NCBI GenBank assembly: GCA_964016885.1
Contig: OZ024757.1
Coordinates: 8,618,001-8,682,000 of the forward strand
From: Eledone cirrhosa
Taxonomy: Eukaryota
DNA: 64,000 bases
Direction of reading: 5' to 3'
The position numbers were made by a program, and so were the translations under genes. The notes beneath the pieces are model-generated. The model had not been told where the DNA came from and ran no database searches. It saw nothing but the letters and a program-made list of their open reading frames with translations. Shown here in pieces: positions 1 through 10,911 of the stretch; within the stretch, counting starts at the first letter, position 1; each line of letters begins with the position of its first letter.

Positions 1-603
1 GATGTTGTAGTACCAACATAGCTTTACAGAGACACGGTGGTGTTGGTGGGAGTGGGAGGATGGAGTAGGGTGTGTGGGTTGGGGTGTATATTTGGTTAGG
101 AGGGGCCTACTGACTGTAGGTTAACTTTGCACGTATGGAAGGCAGGTCTTCTCTGTTACTGTGTGGCACCATAGATCTCGATCCAGTGACATTGTCTAAG
201 AGAGGTGTAAGTGTGCAAGGTTGGATTTTATGTCATCCCAGGTTTTTCTGGGTCTACCTACTCCATAACTTCCATCAATTTTGATATCCCTGCACTTTTT
301 TTTAAAGATGTCATCTTTCATGCGCATCACATGACCATACCAATGTAATCTTCTCTCAAGTAAACAGCATCTGATCCCTCTTATTCCTAATTCTCACTTA
401 GTTTGTTTATGTTTTGCCGTTCATGTATATTACAATTACACGTCCAACAGAGGATGCATGCTTCGTTCCTTTCCAATCTGTGCAGGTCCTCTGCACACAA
501 TGCCCATGTCTCACTGCCATGTAACATTGCTGTTCGTATGCACGCATCATACAACCTGCCTTTCATTTTTAGAGAAACTTTTTGTGTCCAGCAGCGGTAT
601 TAG
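1..603 (-). mobile_element. Decayed RTE LINE 3' portion (RT C-terminus and 3' UTR)
   Basis: Reverse complement matches the RTE 3' region and shares small deletions with the decayed copy at ~25630-26230. Confidence 0.85.
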
Positions 604-684
604 CTCATTGTGACATGTGAGAGAAACCATTCTCTTTGAATGTTACATTAACTACACACAAACATATACATAAAGCTCGGAAGC

Positions 685-1362
685 CATATCACTTTGATAT
701 ATTTGGTAAATCTTTCTCTAAATGTTGTGGCTTCACTAGACACTAACATATACAGGAGAGGAACTATATCACTGTGATGTCTGTGGTAAATGCTTCTCTA
801 AATTCTGTGACTTTACTACACACTAACATATACAGGAGAGGAACCATATCACTGTGGTGTCTGTGGTACCCCACTCTCTAAATGTTGTGGCTTCACTACA
901 CACTAACATATACAGGAGAGGAACTATATCACTGTGATATCTGTGGTACCTCACTCTCTAAAAGTTGTGGCTTCACTACATACTAACATATACAGGAGAG
1001 GAACCATATCACTGTGATGTCTGTGGTACCTCACTCTCTAAATTCTGTGACTTTACTACACACTAACATATACAGGAGAGGAACCATATCACTGTGGTGT
1101 CTGTGGTACCTCACTCTCTAAATGTTGTGGCTTCACTACACACTAACATATACAGGAGAGGAACTATATCACTGTGATATCTGTGGTACCTCACTCTCTA
1201 AATGTTGTGGCTTCACTACACACTAACATATACAGGTGAGGAACCATATCACTGTGATATCTGCGGTACCTCACTCTCTAAATGTTGTGGCTTCACTACA
1301 CACTAACATATACAGGAGAGGAACCATATCACTGTGATGTCTCTGGTACCTCACTCTCTAAA
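685..1362 (+). repeat. 80-bp minisatellite (~8.5 copies) derived from C2H2 zinc-finger coding sequence
   Basis: CTCTA recurs at 716, 796, 876 ... 1356. The unit contains ACAGGAGAGGAACCATATCACTGTGATATCTGTGGT (TGEEPYHCDICG-like). The period is not a multiple of 3. Confidence 0.85.
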
Positions 1363-2074
1363 ATTTGTTTGCTTTTAAGAAACCACTGGTAAATGAAATA
1401 ATTGCCTTATGTTGTTTATTACATAACTATTAAGCTCTGTTACCTACATAGAGCACTCTTTTTTCCTGGACTTTTCCGACGGAATTACTTCACATATATA
1501 TATATAAACGAAAAAATGAAACAAAATTTCATTTCCCACTCTTAGTACGGCTGTAACTTAAATATAAGTATGTATACGTACATACATATATGTATACAGA
1601 CGTACAGTAGTATGTATATATATATACATACATGCACACATATATATATGTACGTATGGATTCACCAAACATTCATTACAATGCTCGGTGTGTTTGTAAA
1701 CAAACATCCCGAATTAAGCCGTAGTGTCCAGCAACCATCGTTGCTCGTTTGTTCAACAGTGACAAAGGAACGCTGTACTAGTTTCAAGCTTGTTAGCTAT
1801 CGTCAGCAACGTATACCCTCCTGCTGATATGCAAATTGGGCTACTCAGCCGTTAATATGCATAAGGAAATTATATACCTTCGGACATTCAACCATCTGGC
1901 AGGAAGGTATACGTTGCAATTTGTATATAATAGGGGTTAATTTGAAGCAGAAAATGTTGGGGACCACTTAAGACAACAAATCGTCCTTTTTATTTAATAA
2001 CAATTATTATCATATATATATATATTTTAGTCTTCAAATTTATTATTATTTCTATATATATATATATATAGTAC

Positions 2075-2330
2075 AAATGAGGTCGTGTAGGTGTCACGAC
2101 AAAAAAAAAACACACAGTCCACGCTGTAATGTGACCGTGTAGGTAACATGGTAAAAACCTCCAGTTCCACACTGTAAATGTGGTTGGTGTTAGGAAGGGC
2201 ATCCAGCCGTAGAAAACCCGCCAGACAGTCCTATGTGAGCAAGACAACCACTCTTGCCTCAAGTGGGAAAACTCCTGTCCAAACCCATGCAAGCATGGAA
2301 TATGGACGTTAAACGATGATGATGATAGTA
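2075..2330 (+). mobile_element. RTE LINE 3' UTR fragment with (GAT)n tail
   Basis: Matches the 3' UTR at 8400-8778 and follows a (TA)n tract. Confidence 0.85.
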
Positions 2331-2483
2331 ATAATAATAAATGTGAAGACTAAAATCCAAAGAGAGCTCGATAAGGATAAATATATAAGAACCGTAGAGC
2401 AAATATTTCTTAAAATTTTTTCAGAAGATCCCATTAAGGGTGAAAGCAGCGATTCTTTGCTTAAACTTTAATCTGTTATTTTA

Positions 2484-2526
<43 letters not shown>

Positions 2527-2528
<2 letters not shown>

Positions 2529-2788
2529 GAGTTTATATTTAATTTGTTGGGATTCAACAAGCTTAAACTTTTTCATAACTGATATAAAGCACTCAACACT
2601 TAGTGGTGTAACTACACAATATATTAATAAATGGAAACTATATTTATAAAACCATATTTATTTTATTATACATATTTCAAGGGCCACTATGTCTTTTAGA
2701 GAAGAAGAGATCCTAAAGAATGTGGCCCTTGAAATATGTATAATAAAATAAATATGGTTTTATAAATATAGTTTCCATTTAGTAATAT

Positions 2789-2795
<7 letters not shown>
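2527..2795. repeat. Palindromic element (~72-bp arms, ~35-bp spacer, one-sided tail) in (TA)n
   Basis: 2615-2686 is the reverse complement of 2722-2794. Confidence 0.75.
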
Positions 2796-2878
<83 letters not shown>

Positions 2879-3134
2879 TATGCTGAAAGAATAACCATGT
2901 TGCTTGTGTTTCTTTCCATCTTCGGTTAGCTTTCCCCTGTGTTGTTTACTTGTCTCACTCGCTTTACGCGTTTCAATTGTCCTAATAACTTATTTTAGTT
3001 ATTTTCTCACCAACGTCAGGTATATGATTTTTAATGCGATGAAATACCAATGATCGTTGGCAAATCACTGATGAGGGACTCATTTTATAACATGTTATCC
3101 ATGTGCAACCATGCAGTATTCTTCTCCCCATTTT

Positions 3135-3177
<43 letters not shown>

Positions 3178-3182
<5 letters not shown>

Positions 3183-3505
3183 AAAAAGAGATGAAATCGA
3201 AAATGCAACTGAAGTCTTTTTTTTTTTTTAAATATATATATTTATTTGGTTCCTTTACCGGTTTCGCAGTTCTTCTGCTTTTCAAAAGGTGAGTTGAGAT
3301 GGAGGGTCTGTGGTTTTTCTCACATCTGGTTGGTCTCTGAATGTTACTTGTTTTATATGGAAAAAGTGGCTGGTACATTACTGGTACTTTTAAAAAAATA
3401 AGACTTCAGTTGCATTTTCGATTTCATCTCTTTTTCTTTATACTTTCACTCGTGTAGGACACCTCGGTTATTTTTCATTTTGTAAAAAAAACCCTCACTT
3501 TCTAA
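3178..3505 (+). mobile_element. Palindromic Penelope-pLTR-like element, same family as 8960-9308
   Basis: Shares arm and tail sequence with 8960-9308. A hammerhead-like motif lies on the minus strand at ~3250-3290. Flanked by (TA)n. Confidence 0.65.
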
Positions 3506-3527
3506 TATATATATATATATATATATA

Positions 3528-3700
3528 TGAAAGACGTAAAATACGAAAATTATAAAATTTAACTTAAAAAAGAGTGAAATTTTAGTAAGTAAGTTAATTT
3601 TTATAATTTTCTTATTTTACGTCTTTCATATAATTGTTCTGCATCCCCTTGCATTGAACCACAAAGTTACTAAGACAAAACCTATATATTTGCTAGCATA
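3528..3700. repeat. Short palindromic element with one-sided tail after (TA)n
   Basis: TATGAAAGACGTAAAATA...TATTTTACGTCTTTCATA inverted arms of ~45 bp. Confidence 0.6.
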
Positions 3701-3778
3701 GGTATGCATCTGTATATATATGTTGGTAGATATACTAATTCTTTATATATATATATATATGTATGTATATATACACAC

Positions 3779-3814
<36 letters not shown>

Positions 3815-4378
3815 ATGTGTGTGTGTACCCCTCATTCCGTTTTTAAAAATACACTCGTTGAACCACGTCATCCCCGTGGCAACACGTGGTTCAAATGCAA
3901 CACGTGGTTAAAATGATTTGCATATTTGCATTTACTGTGTAAACGCAGATGGTTATCTTCTTCTCCTTTGGTGAATATCCAAATATTTAACTGCTGTGAT
4001 TTACGGATTAATAGGTGAAATATATTTCTTACTTAAAGAAATATATACAAAGGAGATTAATCATTTTAAAAGGTATCTATATTTGAAGTTCTAGTCAAGC
4101 TTTAATTAGTTACCTACCTAGCTATGTGTGCCTACATTCTTTACAAATTATACCCTGTGATTGTTTCATGTATTTATTATATATATATATATCTCAATCT
4201 ATTTCTAGTTGATATGTAATGCTCGGATTTAATCTTTGAGCTTATTCTACGGTGGATATGGCGCATGTCTCTCAGACATGACAACCCTTAATTTTAATTT
4301 TGGATATATATACATATATATATACATATAACATATGTATATATACAAATATACATATAACATATATATATACACATA

Positions 4379-4419
<41 letters not shown>

Positions 4420-4465
4420 CGCTATTTCTGGGATGGCTGTTCCCTTCGGTATAAAGTAACGTTCA

Positions 4466-4870
4466 AATTTTTCTCGATTCTTCTCTCCATCCGAACCCAT
4501 TCATTCAATCACTTCTATGTCCTAATTTCACACTATATCATATTTTCACCATTATATATCATATCTTTTCTCTAAAAATCATACTTCCCCTACCACCGCA
4601 TTTTCTCTATCGTAATTTCTTAAACAAAACAAATCTTGTATTTTCGTTTATTGTTAAATTATGCCCAATTTCTTTCTCGATCCTTCTCTCCATCCGAACC
4701 CATTCATTCAATCACTTCTATGTCCTAATTTCACACTATATCATATTTTCACCATTATATATCATATCTTTTCTCTAAAAATCATACTTCCCCTATCACC
4801 GCATTTTCTCTATCGTAATTTCTTAAACAAAACAAATCTTGTATTTTCGTTTATTGTTAAATTATGCCCA
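4466..4870 (+). repeat. 203-bp tandem duplication in the RTE 5' region
   Basis: CCGAACC at 4491 and 4694; ATGCCCA at 4661 and 4864. Confidence 0.9.
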
Positions 4871-7800
4871 AAATACGGCGATCTTATCTTAAACCTTACA
4901 TTCTCGCTAACAACCCATCATCCCTCCCTCCCGCCCCCACGCACCACCATCCCTCCCTCCCGCACCCACGCACCACCATTATTACGTGGACCAATCATAA
5001 GTCAGAGGCCCATACTATCGCTTAACTGGTTGCTTTTCGATATGATGGATGGACTACGGAATTCTGGAGAGTTGAAGAGAGAAAAATGTGGACGCTCAGC
5101 GACAATGCCAAAGATAAAGCCAAATTCACCTCGTGGACGAGAATGCAAGCACTCCTCCTTGTTTCGGCCCAGGATGGCTAACATAACCCCATCCCCCCCC
5201 CCGCGCCCCCACCCTCCAAACGCAATCCAAAACTTCAGAGTTGGTACCATGAATGTAGGCACCTTAAAGGGTCGCTCTAACGAGGTTGTAGAAATGCTTG
5301 AACGTAATGAGGTCGATGTTTGTTGTATTCAAGAGACCAGGTGGAGGGGAGGGTCGGCTAGATTCATCGTGGGTAAAGAGCGATGCTATAAGCTTTTCTG
5401 GGTGGGAAATGACAATGGATTGGGTGGGGTAGGAATCATGGTAGCAGAAAAGTGGGCAGATAAGATAATAGACGTAAATAGAGTGAACGACAGAATAATT
5501 AAAATAAGACTTGTCCTCAATAAAACTACGGTGACAGTAATATCTGCGTACGCACCCCAATCCGGACAGCCCCGCGCTATAAAAGACAGATTCTACGAGA
5601 CACTGATGCTCGCTACCTCCCAAATAACCGACAATGACTATATAGTTATTGCAGGCGACCTAAATGGTCACGTTGGACAACATTGTGACGGCTATGACGG
5701 AATCCATGGAGGCTATGGGTTCGGTACTAGAAATGAGGAAGGCTCCACAATCCTGGAATTCTGCGACGCAAATAACTTAACTATCTGTAACACTAACTTC
5801 AAAAAACGAGACAATCACTTGATCACCTATAGATCGGGGGAACACACAAGCCAGGTAGATTATATCCTTACCAGAAGACGTGACAGAGTGTCTGTTGTTA
5901 ACACTAAATCCCACCCACATGAAGAATTCACCTCCCAACATAGACTGATAATTAGCGACCTCATAGTCAGGACGAGACGTACTAGACAGCGAAGGAGGAC
6001 TATCCTCAGGAGAAAAATATGGAAGCTAAAGGACCCCATAGCCAGAAATAAATTTCAAAGCAAATTACTTGACGCTTTCGACAGTAAGGAAGAGCAATTA
6101 GAGTCGTATAATATAGAGGAACAGTGGGAATTCCTGAGAGCAAACCTGCTGACGGCGGCAGACGAAGTCTGTGGCTGGAGCAGGCCTGTAGGTAGGAGGA
6201 GAGTAACATGGTGGTGGAACAGTAAGGTGGAGGAGTCAATTAAGGCCAAAAAGCAGGCTTGGAAAGTATGGCGGGATGGGGGAAGTAGAGAAGACTATCA
6301 AGTGGCCAGGAGGGAAGCTAGGAGACAAGTGTACTTCGCAAGAAGGGAAGCAGAGGAAAGAAAGTTCAAGCATGTTCTACAACGTGAGGACCAAAAACGT
6401 GAGGTGTTCAGGATTGCCAGGCAATGTGTCAAGGAAAACCGTGATATTGTCGGGGAGAAGTGTGTACTTAACGATGATGGCATACTTGCCATCACCGACG
6501 CTGATAAGAAGGTAGCTTGGAAGTGTCACTACGAAAGGCTTCTAAATGAGGAGAACAAATGGGAGAAAGACAGTCTCCCCCAGATCGATCCAATAGAGGG
6601 ACCAGCAGTGTTAGTTGAAGGTAGTATAATAAGTAAGGCAATCAAAGATATGAAGACGGGTAAGGCGGCTGGGCCTTCGGAAATAGTTGCTGAGATGCTG
6701 AAGGCATCTGGTTCGGTGGGACACACCATGGTCACCCGGATAGTTAACCAAGTCGTACAGAATGGGGTTGTTCCGAAGGAATGGCGTAGCAGCATCATCG
6801 TTAACTGCTATAAGGGAAAAGGAGATGCCCTAGATAGGAGTAACTATAGAGGCATTAAATTAATCGACCAGGTCATGAAGGTCACGGAAAAAGTAATAGC
6901 GCAACTAATCAGAGAGAGAATTGATCTAGATGAAATGCAGTTCGGGTTTGTGTCAGGCAAAAGTACCACAGACGCTCTTTTCATTGTACGACAACTACAG
7001 GAGAAGTACCTAGCTAAAAGTAAACCCCTATACTTAGCTTTTGTCGACTTGGAGAAAGCCTTCGACAGAGTCCCCCGTTCCATTATCTGGTGGTCTCTTA
7101 GAAAACTAGGTGTTGACGAATGGCTTGTGAGAGCTATACAAGCCATGTATAAAGAAACAGTCAGTAAGGTTAGAATTAACAACGAATATAGTGAAGAGTT
7201 TAGCGTAAAAGTTGGTGTCCATCAGGGCTCTGTACTTAGCCCCCTACTATTTATTATTGCCCTTCAGGCTATAACAGAGGAGTTCAAGACCGGCTGCCCA
7301 TGGGAACTCCTATACGCAGATGATCTAACGCTCATAGCTGAATCAATGACCGAACTAGAGAAGAAATTCCAAACGTGGAAGCACGGCCTAGAATCAAAAG
7401 GCCTTAAAATTAACCTGGCTAAGACTAAAGTTCTAGTTTGTAGGAAAGAAAATAAGGCGGCGGTCCCATCGGGGAAATGGCCATGCTCAGTGTGTAGGAA
7501 AGGCGTAGGTAGAAACTCCATTTTATGTCCCAAATGCAAAGTATGGGTGCATAAAAGATGTAGTGGGATCACAGGTAAGCTAACTAAGAACATAGATTTT
7601 ACATGTGGCCGGTGCTCTGGTGCAATAAGTAGCAGCAAGTGCCCACAAAATACTAGCTCCTTCAACTGCGCAGAGGGTTCTATAGAAATAGTGGACAGCT
7701 TCCGTTATCTGGGTGACAAAATCAGCAGTGGGGGAGGGTGCTCTGAAAGTACAGTAGCTAGAGTCAGAACTGGATGGAAAAAGTTCAGAGAGCTTATACC

Positions 7801-8269
7801 ACTATTAGCCGCTAGAGGGTTCTCCCTAAAAATGAAAGGCAGGTTATACGATGCCTGCATACGAACAGCAATGCTGCATGGCAGTGAGACCTGGGCATTG
7901 TGTGCAGAGGATATACGCAGACTAGAGAGGAACGAAGCTTGCATGCTCCGCTGGATGTGCAATAGTAATATACGTGAACGGCAAAGCATAAACGAACTAA
8001 GGAAAAAATTAGAAATAAGAGGGATCAGATGTTGTTTACTCGAGAGAAGGCTACGTTGGTACGGTCACGTGATGCGCATGAAAGACGACAGCTGTATAAC
8101 AAAGTGCAGGGCAATAAAGATAGACGGTAGCCACGGAGTAGGCAGACCCAGAAAAACATGGGACGAGCTGATAAATTCCGACCTCACACGCTTACACCTC
8201 TCCAAGACAATGTCACTGGACCGAGACCTTTGGCGGTACTCAGTAATAGAGAAGACCCGCCTTACTTAA
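4661..8269 (+). CDS. RTE LINE protein: AP endonuclease + reverse transcriptase + PHD-type finger (true start probably ~5042-5174)
   Basis: APE motifs (TMNVG, IQETRW, GDLNG, DYIL, SQH) and RT motifs (DLEKAFD, GVHQGSVLSP, YADD); GRPRKTW near the C-terminus. Confidence 0.93.
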   Translation: MPNFFLDPSLHPNPFIQSLLCPNFTLYHIFTIIYHIFSLKIILPLSPHFLYRNFLNKTNLVFSFIVKLCPKYGDLILNLTFSLTTHHPSLPPPRTTIPPSRTHAPPLLRGPIISQRPILSLNWLLFDMMDGLRNSGELKREKCGRSATMPKIKPNSPRGRECKHSSLFRPRMANITPSPPPRPHPPNAIQNFRVGTMNVGTLKGRSNEVVEMLERNEVDVCCIQETRWRGGSARFIVGKERCYKLFWVGNDNGLGGVGIMVAEKWADKIIDVNRVNDRIIKIRLVLNKTTVTVISAYAPQSGQPRAIKDRFYETLMLATSQITDNDYIVIAGDLNGHVGQHCDGYDGIHGGYGFGTRNEEGSTILEFCDANNLTICNTNFKKRDNHLITYRSGEHTSQVDYILTRRRDRVSVVNTKSHPHEEFTSQHRLIISDLIVRTRRTRQRRRTILRRKIWKLKDPIARNKFQSKLLDAFDSKEEQLESYNIEEQWEFLRANLLTAADEVCGWSRPVGRRRVTWWWNSKVEESIKAKKQAWKVWRDGGSREDYQVARREARRQVYFARREAEERKFKHVLQREDQKREVFRIARQCVKENRDIVGEKCVLNDDGILAITDADKKVAWKCHYERLLNEENKWEKDSLPQIDPIEGPAVLVEGSIISKAIKDMKTGKAAGPSEIVAEMLKASGSVGHTMVTRIVNQVVQNGVVPKEWRSSIIVNCYKGKGDALDRSNYRGIKLIDQVMKVTEKVIAQLIRERIDLDEMQFGFVSGKSTTDALFIVRQLQEKYLAKSKPLYLAFVDLEKAFDRVPRSIIWWSLRKLGVDEWLVRAIQAMYKETVSKVRINNEYSEEFSVKVGVHQGSVLSPLLFIIALQAITEEFKTGCPWELLYADDLTLIAESMTELEKKFQTWKHGLESKGLKINLAKTKVLVCRKENKAAVPSGKWPCSVCRKGVGRNSILCPKCKVWVHKRCSGITGKLTKNIDFTCGRCSGAISSSKCPQNTSSFNCAEGSIEIVDSFRYLGDKISSGGGCSESTVARVRTGWKKFRELIPLLAARGFSLKMKGRLYDACIRTAMLHGSETWALCAEDIRRLERNEACMLRWMCNSNIRERQSINELRKKLEIRGIRCCLLERRLRWYGHVMRMKDDSCITKCRAIKIDGSHGVGRPRKTWDELINSDLTRLHLSKTMSLDRDLWRYSVIEKTRLT

Positions 8270-8903
8270 ATACAAAGTAAAAACCTACTACAGTCAGTAG
8301 GCACCTCTATCAAAACACACCCCCGTCCCACCACCTCCACCCCACCCACACCGCCCCTTTCAATGTAAAGTTATGTTGGTCCCACAACATCCAGGCCGAA
8401 ACAAATGAGATCGTGTAGGTGTCACGACAAAAAACACACAGTCCACGCTGTAAATGTGGCCGTGTAGGCAACACGGTAAAAACCTCCCAGCCCCACACTG
8501 TAAATGTGGTTGGTGTTAGGAAGGGCATCCAGCTGTAGAAAACCCGCCAGACAGTCCACGCTGTAATGTGGCCGTGTAGGCAACACGGTAAAAACCTCCC
8601 AGCCCCACACTGTAAATGTGGTTGGTGTTAGGAAGGGCATCCAACTGTAGAAAACCCGCCAGACAGTCCTATGCGAGCAAGACAACCACTCTTGCCTCAA
8701 GTGGGAAAACCCCCGTCCAAACCCATGCAAGCGTGGAACACGGACGCTAAACCTGATGATGATGATGATGATGATGATATATATATATGTATGAGGTTGG
8801 TGTTAGGAAGGGCATCCAGCTGTAGAAATCAAGCCAGAATCAGTTCCTGTCCTACCCCTGCAAGCAGGGAATAACGGACGTAAAAGGATGATGATGATGA
8901 TAC

Positions 8904-8959
<56 letters not shown>

Positions 8960-8966
<7 letters not shown>

Positions 8967-9301
8967 GATGAAATCAAAAATGCAACTGGAGTCTTATTTA
9001 AAAAAAAATATATATATTTATTTGGTTCCTTTACCGGTTTCGCAGTTCTTCTGCTTTTCAAAATTAGAGTTGAGTTGGAGGTTCTGTGGTTTTCCTCACA
9101 AGAGAAAAACCACAGACCCTTCATCTCAACTCTACTTTTGAAAAGCAGAAGAACTGCGAAACCGGTAAAGGAACCAAATAAATATATATATATTTTTTTA
9201 AATAAGACTCCAGTTGCATTTTCGATTTCATCTTTTTTTCTTTATACTTTCACTCGTGTAGGACACCTCGGTTATTTTTCATTTTGTAAAAAAAACCTCA
9301 C

Positions 9302-9308
<7 letters not shown>
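8960..9308 (+). mobile_element. Palindromic Penelope-pLTR-like mini-element with hammerhead motif
   Basis: ~135-bp inverted arms centred at ~9100, a unique tail at 9243-9308, and (TA)n on both sides. Confidence 0.7.
9135..9170 (+). ncRNA. Candidate minimal type I hammerhead ribozyme, U3-A8 core variant
   Basis: CTT-TTGAAAA-GCAG-AAGAA-CTGC-GAAA-CCGG-TA-AAG: stem II GCAG/CTGC, palindromic stem III CCGG, short stem I. Confidence 0.6.
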
Positions 9309-9338
<30 letters not shown>

Positions 9339-9616
9339 GGAGGTGAGTTTTATTGTAGTACAATAAAGCAATGTAGATATCGGATAAGAAGCACTCTACA
9401 GTTTGTAGGACTGGAGTATACATAATATATAAGATATGTTGATTTAAAACTGCACTATCCACAAGTGTTTTTTAACCTTCATATCATGTCTTCCTATTTT
9501 ATCTTATGAAAACACAAATATTATTGCATGATGATGTTTGTTTTTGAAATGCACATAATAAAATACATGGAACTCTTTTAACCATCTTTTGATCTTATAT
9601 ATTATATATATATATA

Positions 9617-10035
9617 GTTAAAAGAATAGAGGTGTAACACACAAGTTATTATATATTGGTAAACGGAATAGAAAATGCTGACAAATTGTTCACAGTTGAA
9701 AAATGGTTTAATTAGGAATAAAAGAGTATTAGTGATTGTATGGGTTAGTATTCAGTTGTGGTTTTAAGTTTTTAAGTTTTTACCGGTTGCGCATTTCTAA
9801 ATGCTTTTCAAAAATAATTTTGAGATAGAGTGTCCGTGTTGATCAGAGCAAACAACACGGACACTCTATCTCAAAATTATTTTTGAAAAGCATTTAGGAA
9901 TGCGCAACCGGTAAAAACTTAAAAACTTAAAACCACAACTGAATACTAACCCATACAATCACTAATACTCTTTTATTCCTAATTAAACCATTTTTCAACT
10001 GTGAATAATTTGTCAGCATTTTCTATTCCGTTTAC

Positions 10036-10040
<5 letters not shown>
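9617..10040 (-). mobile_element. Long palindromic pLTR-like element (~190-bp arms)
   Basis: 9651-9841 is the reverse complement of ~9853-10042. Hammerhead-like TTGAAAA-GCATT..AATGC-GCAA-CCGG-TA. Tail at 9617-9650. Confidence 0.7.
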
Positions 10041-10068
<28 letters not shown>

Positions 10069-10719
10069 TATATATACACACACACACACACTCTCATGCA
10101 TATACATGTATACACACATTCATATTAATATATTTATATAGTAAAGCACTTTACTATTAGGATTATATATATCTATATATGTTGCCTTGGCTGCTATTTC
10201 TAGCGCTAAAATTAAAACCGGAAGTGGACAAGATGAAAAAGTTACCTAAAATTCAGTCTCAACTTTTTAAACAATAGATTTTTTTATGTCAACAAACGGA
10301 GAATATTTGGCAAGAAAGATAACTCTTGTCTTACTTAAAGCCGGAAATTGAGTTAAAAATTTTGCGGGTCTGCAGTTTATGTAAACCTTCTTATTTGGTC
10401 TTGTTAACTGGCATTTGACTGCTATTTCTAGCATATATTAATAGACACTTTAGAAATAGCAGCCAAAAGTCAGCTAACAACACTATAGGAAACACCAGAA
10501 AGAAGGACTCATGCACACACACACACATATATATATATATAAATGTGTGTGTGAATTATTTTTCCCACATCTTACGTTAACTATTTTCCCATTTTGACGC
10601 TATAGTCACTTATATATTATGGAATACTGTTGGCTTCTGGCTACCATAATTTCTATACTTTTCATATATATATATATATATACATGTACATGTACACACA
10701 CACAGACACGTGTGTGTGC

Positions 10720-10765
<46 letters not shown>

Positions 10766-10911
10766 GCGCACAAATATATTAAAATATGTGCGTATATATA
10801 TATAATATATGTATGTGTGTGTATATATGTGTATGTGTACTTATTCATACATACATATATATGTGTATATATATATATATACATATATATGTATATATAT
10901 ATATGTAAATA

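Larger units (their letters stand above)
4420..8778 (+). mobile_element. Apparently full-length RTE-clade LINE
   Basis: 5' UTR, single intact APE+RT ORF, 3' UTR and (GAT)n tail, with (TA)n on both sides. Confidence 0.92.

Noticed and set aside
2960-3085. CTGATGAG (+) and GAAACGCGTA (-) hammerhead half-motifs
   Set aside because: They lie on opposite strands and no complete fold could be built; at most a decayed pLTR.
4661-5040. N-terminal ~125 aa of the 1202-aa RTE ORF
   Set aside because: It starts inside the 203-bp tandem repeat and is low-complexity, so it is probably 5' UTR.
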